Of a stretch of 64,000 nucleotides of DNA, positions 38,601 through 64,000 are shown piece by piece (positions within the stretch are counted from its first letter, which is position 1; each line of letters opens with the position of its first letter). A program made the position numbers and the translations under genes. The notes beneath the pieces were generated by a model. It searched no databases, was not told the origin of the DNA, and worked only from the letters and a program-made list of their open reading frames with translations. Location: the NCBI GenBank assembly GCA_030141605.1, contig JAQGDQ010000132.1:186001-250000 (forward strand), written 5' to 3'. The stretch comes from Tubiluchus corallicola. Its lineage: Eukaryota > Animalia > Priapulida.

Positions 38601-39290
38601 GTAAAAGTGAATGAAAATCTCAATATACCAAGCATGGTGGCAGCAGACCACAAAGGCCATACTGGAGTGACAAGTCCATTAACAAACAATTGTCTTTGGA
38701 ATGAAAACAGTGGGCGTGAGCTAACTGAGGAATCATTATTCAGCACGGTGGAAAAGCCCGATTATGTGACATGCAAAACCAAGCAAACTTCTGCTCCCTT
38801 TGTGGTGCAGGGTGGCGATAAATCAAACACTCTCACATGCAATTTAGTTTGCAGCCCGCTAGAAAATTTGCCACGGGGTTTGTTGGACATTGTTACACCC
38901 GAAGTTGCAGATAATACTCCCTGCAAGTTATCTAATCATTCAAACTTTCATACTGACAAAAGTGAAATTAATCAAAATACGCCTTTACGTGCTGAGTTGT
39001 CTACTCAAGCATTTAGCCACCTCAATAATCATGTTTCGCATGTGAATTTTCAGACTTATAATGAAAAGAATACACCAAGGCCCAAGGCATGTAAAGTGAA
39101 ACAAGTTGTGTTATTTAAGTCACCCATAGAATCGAGTAATTTACGCTGCAAAGCTGGTGCACTTGTTGATGATACTCCAGTGAGAGAATACGGTCTAACT
39201 CTACGTCAGCGGCAGATAAAACGACTAAAATCAGATGCTGAAAACTGGAAAAGGGTACTAGCCGAGAATAAAAAACTAAGAAAATTGTAA
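35609..39290 (+). CDS. RHNO1: RHNO1/RHINO (RAD9-HUS1-RAD1 interacting nuclear orphan) homologue, about 372 aa
   Basis: Exons 35609-35764, 36579-36691 and 38441-39290 (junction phases 0 and 2; 1119 nt). Motif pairs, local vs recalled human: MPRRKRR..KAPLVF vs MPPRKKRR..KAPLLF; TW|ISPHF vs SW|VSPDF (same intron position); RRLLPLPF vs KFPHLTF; LVDDTPVREYGL vs LVKDTPEDKYGI. Confidence 0.85.
35840..36291 (+). repeat. Dispersed repeat family copy 1 (copy 2 at about 58040-58523; core also at about 53990-54190)
   Basis: Colinear similarity, e.g. tttaaaatattgaaag..aatgacttacgtgaaagaatt..gcatttcggaaatg..cacactgaatg..gcactgtactt..gatgtcatc..agttgggct..cattaattaagttttt in both copies. Confidence 0.85.
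36734..37375. mobile_element. Non-autonomous hAT-like element with subterminal atcgtgat/cgata repeats
   Basis: Ends caggcctgtaatga / tagttgcagccctg; repeated gatat/tatcgtgat motifs near both ends; possible decayed TSD atcaacag / gtcaatag. Confidence 0.55.
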
Positions 39291-40609
39291 TGTTGTTATT
39301 TTTTGCAGTACTTGCTAGAATTAGTGTACTATGGCTGCATTTTAAGATATTGTTATGTAAGTGTGTAGGTAAATTTAATTGTTTACATCATGACTCTTAA
39401 ATTATTTTATCTATTGGAATATAGTGTTCTTTCTTATATTGCAACACACATACTGTATGACTTTAGGGACATACAAATAAAAGATCAATATTTTCTTATA
39501 AACAATTGTCACTATAGAACATTTATGATAGCAAAAAATACCAAAATCCAAGACCCAGTTTCACACAAAGCCATCACTAACTTAATGACGTCGTTACATG
39601 TATTAATAGTAAAGTGAACGTAATAATGATGTCATTAACTTAGTCAGACCAGGCCTTGGCTGCTTCCTTTCTACATAGTCAGCAAAATTCCTTATTACTT
39701 CCATATCGAAATATTATGCCATTAGCTTTTAAGTTTTTCGATTTTTCATGACCACAGTTCACGATAATTCAGTGATACAGACTTGTAACGGAATTATTAA
39801 CACAAAATCAAGTCAATGAAACACAGAAGATAGGCCTTTGGTTATATTAAGCTTGAAGTTTGAAGTCAGAACTGATTGGTTAGCAAAAATTAAGAATTGT
39901 AAGTTCTGGTTTGCATGTGCATGCATGAGCTCAAGAATGTCTATGGTTGCTCGGATCCAGTGCAGAAGTAAACTCCAGTAACGGCATGAATGGTCTGCAC
40001 TCTGTAGGACTTTTTTTACCTAAAACTAGCTGAATGAGTGGTTTGCAGATGCCAAAGGTTAAATGTGCACGTACGAATCTACCTAATTATTTTACAATTA
40101 ATTCCATAATATGTTTGGGTAATTGTAGCCCATTCAATACATGGCAAATAATTTGTCTTAATTTGATGATAGACTAGCTGCTGTAGCATGTTCTCAATGA
40201 AAACTATCAAATACGGGTTTCATAAATGAAGACTTTATTATTTTATTAGTAGTAAATGCAAAACACATTGTTCAATTAATAAAAATCAATTGATTATTAA
40301 TTAAGAGACAATTTACATAACTTCAGCATGTAAGCATGTCTTTAATAACTGAAAGCCAGTCAAATGTTTACGGGCTTAGGAACTAGACAAAACTGTAATG
40401 AACTTAATATAAATTTAGATAATGTGCAAAGATAAATAAAATGTCAGTGGACCAAAGACTGCACTATACACCATGTACCTGAATTTGCTAGCAGAAGTGT
40501 TTAAAAAACTTGTCGCTATAAAAGCTTTGCAGTTGTTTAGGTATGACTTCATGTCTGATAAGTGTAACATTGAAAAAGCCGAAAAAACTTCCAGAACAAT
40601 GCCTCACTA

Positions 40610-41971
40610 TTATGAAGCTAATTTATGAACCATTTCTTCCTTGTTGATGAGATGACAAGTGTTATTTACCAGCTTCATGAGTGATGACAAATTGTGAGAC
40701 CAATCGTTTAACAGAGCATTTGGATCTTTTGGTTTGGCGAAGCGGATGATTCCAGCTAGTCTGTCCATTTTAGCGTAAATTGTGCCGTTGACTACTAAAT
40801 TAGATACAAATTCTTCTGACTCGGGTTCAGTTAAATCCAGCAGCTGAGCCATCCGCGATAACCGGATCTGCGTGTAGTATTTTGCCATAGTACGAATGTT
40901 GTGTTCGACGACACGAACTTTCAGATTCCCCCAGCGCTTGTTGCCATCTTCCGTCATCGTGAACACATCTGTGGCGGGTTCCTCTGGACTGCCTTGTCTC
41001 AAGAGATTTTCGTAAATCTCGCAAAGATGGCCCCAGCGCATGATCTCCGGTGTAGTAAAGCAGTTAATCAGGTCCTTGTACTGCGGTATTTTCTCCAGGT
41101 TTTTCTCTTGCTTGATTCGATGTATCATATCCGACTGTTCATTATCAAAAGGTGCCAGCACAAGGTACAGGATCACACACTTCAGAGCTTCTTTCATTTT
41201 GGCTTCATCTTCTTGGATGAATGGAGTGTCGTAGATTGCCTTGTAATACTTTGCCACGGCCAAGTATGCACATTCGTGTTGATCAAGTTCAATCATCAAC
41301 TGATAATATCGCAGCTTTAACTTCTGCACTTCATCACTGGTATCATCAAAGTACTTTACTGCAATTTTCTTACTGATGATTTGACATCGAATGTAATCCT
41401 TGCGTGCCAAACATAGGCGCATCTGTTCCAAAATAAAATTCACTTTTTCTTGTTTTTCCATAGAACCGAATGTCTCCACCTGCAACCCTTGTAGAATATT
41501 TGCAGCTTCTGTTATGTCACCATCCTTTTCCTTGATCATTGCCAACTTTAACGTTAGCCTTGCTCTTTCTATTTCCACATATATTTTTCCCTTTGTTACT
41601 GTTATCAAGGTGTCTATAAGTTTCAGCATCGTCTCTTTGTCGGGCATATTGTCAACATAAGAGCATGCCTCTTGTACCATCTTTGTTATCGCCTGCTTCA
41701 GTTGACTTTTTCTCTTGCTAAGGCTCACTATATGTTCATTCAATGCTGTATAATCTTTATGTTCAAAACACAGTTTAACAATGGCGACGAGAATTTTGGC
41801 TGTAGAGTGCATGTCAGCTGCCGTTCTTGTTTGCTTCTCAAGAGACAGGAGAATCTCAATGGCTTCATTCAGCTTACCATCTTGAGCAAGTTGTTCACAC
41901 TCTGGGATCTTTTTAGCCACACTCAAACTATAGTCAACCTCCATTTTCTGAAGACGTCCATTGTCTGCCAT
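40610..41971 (-). CDS. PSMD12: 26S proteasome non-ATPase regulatory subunit 12 (Rpn5), intronless CDS, 453 aa
   Basis: Uninterrupted ORF: [102 protein letters not shown] (PCI domain). 5'UTR acceptor candidates lie near 41995 and 42038; a donor CAG|gtaaag is at 44247. Confidence 0.98.
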   Translation of the reverse strand: MADNGRLQKMEVDYSLSVAKKIPECEQLAQDGKLNEAIEILLSLEKQTRTAADMHSTAKILVAIVKLCFEHKDYTALNEHIVSLSKRKSQLKQAITKMVQEACSYVDNMPDKETMLKLIDTLITVTKGKIYVEIERARLTLKLAMIKEKDGDITEAANILQGLQVETFGSMEKQEKVNFILEQMRLCLARKDYIRCQIISKKIAVKYFDDTSDEVQKLKLRYYQLMIELDQHECAYLAVAKYYKAIYDTPFIQEDEAKMKEALKCVILYLVLAPFDNEQSDMIHRIKQEKNLEKIPQYKDLINCFTTPEIMRWGHLCEIYENLLRQGSPEEPATDVFTMTEDGNKRWGNLKVRVVEHNIRTMAKYYTQIRLSRMAQLLDLTEPESEEFVSNLVVNGTIYAKMDRLAGIIRFAKPKDPNALLNDWSHNLSSLMKLVNNTCHLINKEEMVHKLAS

Positions 41972-42490
41972 GATGAATCACTTTGTGCAATGTGCTGAAA
42001 ATACCTCAAGTGTCAAAGATGTGACAGCAGTTACTACCTGAAACATTTGCAAAAAGAGAATATGCATTTTTAATGCTTGAAAAATCACGTCAATTATAAT
42101 TATGTAATTAATAGTGGAATAATTTGTGAGGTTTTCAGCTTTGAAGATCTAGCACTGATTGTGTCTAACGATCATATTACTGAACTAGAAGAGAAAGCAA
42201 ATGGACGTGTTGAATGTTGACATCATAAAATGAACTGTAGTCAGCAGAGATTCTTCTATCATGCTGCTCGTTGTATGGTCTTCAGAGTATATAACGTACA
42301 TTCAATGCCTGAAGCAATTCAGAAGCATTGTCTTCACTTAGTGCTAGGGATGCATCAGATCAACATTCCCCGAATCAGGATTTTCGTTGAGCTGGACCGG
42401 ATTCAGTCAAGATCAGGACATATTTAATTGTATACCCAGCCTCATTAGCAGCTGAGATTCTGCATTTTATCACAGGTTAGAAGGGCTTAG

Positions 42491-42550
42491 AGCTTTTACA
42501 GCAACTGCATGTGAAATATATATAGAACATATGCAGCTGCTGTAAAAGCT
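42491..42550 (-). other. 60-nt near-perfect hairpin in the presumed PSMD12 5'UTR intron
   Basis: agcttttacagcaactgcat ... atgcagctgctgtaaaagct: 19/20 inverted match; the single mismatch is a G-U pair on the minus-strand RNA. Confidence 0.6.
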
Positions 42551-43546
42551 AATGTCATGCATAATGTCTAATTTATATATGTATATAAGATACTGAATGA
42601 TGATACTACACCATGATCAATGTATACTATACTTTAGTGTACTGAATTCTTTTCCAGACATTATTCACAGTTTCGAAGCCATCCTTACAAGCTTTTTTGT
42701 CATAGTGCTAGAACTAATGTGCCAACACATTTCTATAGTCATCATATGATTAGTTCATGCAGTCGTCTTCCAAGCAATGTTATGGCTTCAAAGAACACGA
42801 TTACATGAATTTAAACTGCGACAACAGCAGCACCCTCAATACCAGCCTCAGGCTAGTGGCACTAAACACTTTACCATTCAATGGTCTAGGAAAAAAATTC
42901 AGCATTATTATTCTTATTGTTTATCGCTGACCCATTTTCATTATTATTTTTACTGGAGTTATGTTTTGTTCAATGAATCTACAATTGACGAACTTCGATA
43001 TTGCTTTAGTTTTTTTCTTTTCGATTATTCCTACGAATTCTGTCTCTTGAGTTAAATCAAAATTCTCGTTTTTGCTATTTTGTTAATTTAAATATTGTTT
43101 CATACCATTTGCCATATGCATTGATTTATGTTGCCACTTAATTATAAACTCATCTGAATTCATTATCCTAATATCTCCCTAGTTATTCATCTTTATTTTT
43201 TCTTTTTCTTTTTAAAATGTTGATTATTATAACTTTCCTTGTTTGTACTTGTCAGCTTATATAATTTCCTTTAAATTGGATAGAGGTGCTTGACCTGGTC
43301 ATTACTTACTCATGGCTTGACATTGCTTCATTTTTTGCTTCTTATGTTGGATTGAGTTTCTTGATTTATATGTAATTTTTAGTTTTGTTTTTGTTGAGTT
43401 GGACTTAGTCTCTTGATTTTAATTCAAACTTTCTGTTTTGTTTGCTAATTTAAATTTTGCTTCTTTTCATTGCCAAATTTATTCACTGTTTCTAAATTTG
43501 AACTCATTTGAACTTGTTGCCTCATTTTTTGTTAAGTTGCTGATTA

Positions 43547-43850
43547 TTACCTTACCTTATGTTACCTTATGTTGTTTTGGCAAAGTTGTTCTTCTAGCCA
43601 AATCGTGTACATGTGCTCATATCCGTATCCTCAAAAGAGGCCTTGTATTAGTAGACTATCTCTTTCCCAGCCCAGTGCTTGTCCAACCTTCTCTTAAATA
43701 CATCTACACTTGGTGCATATATCACATTGTTCGGTAAACTATTCCATGCATCTACAATTCTGTGCGAAAAACGATTCAATCCTATACACTTTTTTTGATC
43801 TGAACTTATATAGCTTTAGTGAATGGCCTTTGGTGATTGATCAGGCCGTG
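43547..43850 (-). mobile_element. CR1 LINE 3' end
   Basis: The minus strand encodes TKGHSLKLYK...FSHRIVDAWNSLPNNVIYAPSVDVFKRRLDKHW (classic CR1 ORF2 C-terminus), with a stop at 43648-43650 and a (TAAGG)n-like tail at 43547-43570. Confidence 0.88.
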
Positions 43851-44247
43851 TACACACATCTGTACATACCTTACTTGACAGTTCACTTAATTTTCTTCAA
43901 TTTGAATAAAGTTGGTTGACTTGGTGACCCTTGGTCTTTTCGCCACCCCGCCTCTTTTCCATCTTTATTTGAGTTTTTGCTTTTGTTAATGTTTATTTTG
44001 TAACATTCAGAGACAAATAAATTGTTTACTCACTTAATGGTACGTTCTGGTATAGATGATATGATCTAAAATTAACTTACACTGACTGTCAATGTTTTGA
44101 CTGTTTGTCTAAAGTGAAAGGTAGTGGAAGCTTTACACTATCTTTATCCTAAGGATAAAAAAGACTAGAGTAGAGAGTAGAATTTTTTGCAGACAACTAA
44201 ATTAATCTTTAATTGTGAACTACAAAATTATCATCAAATAACTTTAC

Positions 44248-44770
44248 CTGAATCGGAGTTCGCTATGGCAGCAATTAAATATTTAGCTACACGTTACAGA
44301 AAGTAATCTATGCTCATTACACATAAAAATTAATCTACTTAAAAACCGGTACAATATCAATCAAAAACCACACGATTTTGCAAATTCACTGCTCGAGTCG
44401 AGAGTTTGCTGCGCCATCTACTGTGTAAAATGTAATAAAACCTATTTTTAAAATCAAACCACGGCCACTTCAAAAGACTTTTGAAGGGACCCTGAGTCAA
44501 ACTGTCAAAAACAAATTTCAGTAAATCAGTCATATGAGTAGACGATAAACAGAATTGGGGACTGGGGGGGGGTCATTGAAAAGTAGTATATTTTCTTATC
44601 TATGGACGGAGTGCAAGAACAGCGAGTTAATTATACAGAACATTTTACTATTATGTTATAACAAAGTACTGCTGTATCGATAAAGAATCTGAATGCTCTC
44701 AACATCCTGCATACGTTTTACAAGTTCATAATTTAGATATTATTCAAAACACTGTGCTCTTAGACTAGTA
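44248..44770. promoter_or_regulatory. Bidirectional PSMD12/KIAA0930 promoter region with CTCF-like motif and DRE
   Basis: PSMD12 non-coding exon donor at 44247 (-); candidate KIAA0930 non-coding exon donor gtaagt at 44768 (+); cacagtagatggcgcagc (CTCF-like, minus, 44408-44425); TGAGTCA at about 44493-44499; TATCGATA at 44675-44682. Confidence 0.45.
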
Positions 44771-45254
44771 AGTAGTAACCAGCCTTTACCCTGTCTTTTA
44801 GTTTCAATATGTGTTTGGCGGAGTTAATTAGTATTCATTGAATTACCAGGTCATTAAGTAATTCAGTTTGTCTGAAAAGATCAATTCAAGAGTTTTAAAG
44901 TCACTTCAATCTTATCACCTAGGCACAGGGATGCGATAAATATAGGGACGTGATATTATTTATCATCCCTGCTTACTCCAGTCTCAAGACTGCAAGCTGT
45001 ACAAGACGAGACTTCTACTTTAAATGCTGCTGTCATAAAGGATTAAGCAACACTTTGATGTAATAAATTCTTTTATGCTATTACTCGCCATGTACATTAG
45101 CAGAAGATTTTACGCCCTGTAATTCACAGAATAAGTTAATTTAATTTAACCAGGTTATGTAACATATATATAACCAAAAAATACTGCTATATGAAAAACA
45201 GAAGCTGTTGTATAGTGTAGGTAGGAATTAATCGGGATTCACAGTTCCTGAGCT

Positions 45255-45394
45255 ACATGTATATACATACATATGTACACACACATATATATATACATGT
45301 ATGTATGCATGTATGTACGTGTGTATGTATGTATGTATTTATGTCTGTATGTATGTATGATATATCATAATATATGATATATTATGTATTATAT
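45255..45394. repeat. (TATG)n/(TA)n/(CA)n microsatellite
   Basis: Imperfect runs of tatg, ta and ca, directly visible. Confidence 0.85.
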
Positions 45395-46420
45395 TGTTGC
45401 AGAGGTCCAGGGTTCAAATCTGGATCAGCCAAACCATGTTGCAGATGAATGTTGTAGATGTGAAAATAGAGAAGAAATATTAAAATTTGAACAGAAAGTT
45501 AAGATGAAAACTAGCCAAAATCTTTTCCTGCATGCGCCATGCTGATCATAACTACAGAACAGATGCTTAGGTGGTAAAAGCAACCTGTCCGGCTGCCGTT
45601 CGATACAAGCTACTTATAGCTGCTATGCCATGCCGATATGCAATGGTTTCGTAATGGATCAAACCATCGCAATGTAGAGGAGGTTGAAAATAAATGGCAC
45701 TTTGCCACCGTAACACTGCCGTCCTCTCAGAAAATGGTTCGTCATGGAACTAGAATGAAACATGTCGAAGAAATATTTTTTATTGAAAAGTAAAAATTTA
45801 TTAATATCAAAGTTTACAAAATTAATGTCAAAGAAGTACAAAATTTCTGTTGCACAGTGCCTAAAATGTTTTTGCCATGAAATAATGGTTATGCTTACGA
45901 AATTTAATTTAGAAGTTGGTAAAAAGATTTAGCTGCAGAAGGAATTAAAATGAAAAGAAATGATATTTCAAAACCAGTTACGGCTCAGAGAGCTGACTCT
46001 GACTGGGCCCGGGTTCAGGCTCCAGCAAATATGGTCCATCTTCAGCACAAGGTCCAGTGTTGTGTAGAAAATGAAAGCAAGCGTCCGTAGGGTGTCCATG
46101 GTTAGGTTCAGTTCAGTAACATCCCCATATTCTAAGGATGCTCAGACAGTTGTTCGGGCTGCGTAAATGCTATTCCTGTTCTACGTGTAAGTTCTTTGTC
46201 CCACTTCCAAGATGGCTGCTGGTTGGGAAGCTCTTTGCACTCTGTTTGTACTGCTCGTATCCGTATTTAGGTTGTGTTAAACGCACCTGTCCGTCTGCCG
46301 GCTGAACCCGACGAGGCCATTCCATACCAGCTACTTATGGCTGCTATGCTGTGTTTACATGCAAATGGCAACAGTGTAGAAGGGGGGGTCGAAAATAAAT
46401 GACACTTTGCCCCCGAAACA
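45395..46420 (-). mobile_element. TRIM-like non-autonomous LTR element (two diverged LTRs and about 260 bp of non-coding interior)
   Basis: Direct repeats 45395-45715 (TGTTG..GTAACA) and 45977-46420 (GTTACGG..GAAACA) share acctgtccg.ctgccg..agctacttat.gctgctatgc..gaaaataaatg.cactttgcc.ccg.aaca. On the minus strand, a PBS-like TGG follows one LTR (45974-45976) and a purine tract GAGAGGACGGCAG precedes the other. Confidence 0.65.
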
Positions 46421-46819
46421 CTATATATAATAAAGTAATTATTAGAATATAATTAAATTATTCCCGCCCCCTACCTTAATTGTGAAAGTAGTTGTACTTG
46501 TTACATGATGTGGCCTATAGATATTTATATGTAGCTTCTCTCCAGTACTTGCGCAACAGAGTTATTTTTTCTCATTGATGCATTGGTAGAAGACAATAAT
46601 TCAGTTATTGATACATGGCATAAAATACTTAATATATGTTGAAACCGTGAGATCATCAAATAAATGTTTTGCCGAACTCCAAAATTAATTAAATATTTTT
46701 GATGAAATCACTATTTTCATTATTTATCACATAGTGACACATAACAGAACTTTACAGGAGTTTGCATTATATTTTTCTATTTTTGTCGATAGATGTCGCC
46801 AAGTTACTGCGGTAGTATC

Positions 46820-63867
<17,048 letters not shown>

Positions 63868-64000
63868 GTTATTCATTTTATTTCGCTTTCTTTTTTGCTC
63901 TAACTGTTGTGTTGTTTAGAAAAATTTTGGTTGCAAGTTAGAATTTTTCGCATTTAGATATTTACATATTTGATTTTTTTAAATTTAGAAGCAATGTTAG

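Noticed and set aside
40827-41998. Antisense and alternate-frame ORFs over PSMD12 (likewise 8091-8887 over COLGALT)
   Set aside because: Shadow ORFs of real coding sequence with no recognisable homology.
46300-46400. Hammerhead-like ccgacgaggcc...ggtcgaaa
   Set aside because: The core is CCGACGA rather than CUGANGA, no stems I/III are evident, and the motif is missing from the sister LTR.

Overview
AT-rich, intron-rich eukaryotic DNA from an invertebrate metazoan. The species cannot be determined from sequence alone; degenerate TTAGGG-type repeats argue weakly against an arthropod. Six protein-coding genes lie in strictly alternating orientation, forming three head-to-head pairs. Pair 1 is ITFG2 (-, first 3 exons, continuing off the left edge) with an intronless COLGALT/CERCAM-family procollagen galactosyltransferase (+). 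Pair 2 is GIT ARF-GAP (-, 17 coding exons, about 761 aa) with a RHNO1/RHINO homologue (+, 3 coding exons, about 372 aa). Pair 3 is an intronless PSMD12/Rpn5 (-) with KIAA0930/DUF2045 (+, at least 8-9 exons, continuing off the right edge). Introns carry many transposon relics: a BEL/Pao fragment, hAT- and Kolobok-type MITEs with TSDs, a foldback-like element, a TRIM-like LTR element, CR1/Crack/Penelope LINE pieces and SINEs. The most notable observations are a diverged copy of the COLGALT 5' end fused to BEL/Pao pol inside ITFG2 intron 1, two retrogene-like housekeeping genes beside shared promoters, an invertebrate RHINO linked to ITFG2 as in human, a GC-AG intron, an in-frame alternative donor that would delete the GIT YDSV motif, and face-to-face poly(A) signals. 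No prokaryote-type system (CRISPR etc.) is present. Gene identities rest on recalled protein similarity and manual splice-phase checks, not on database searches.
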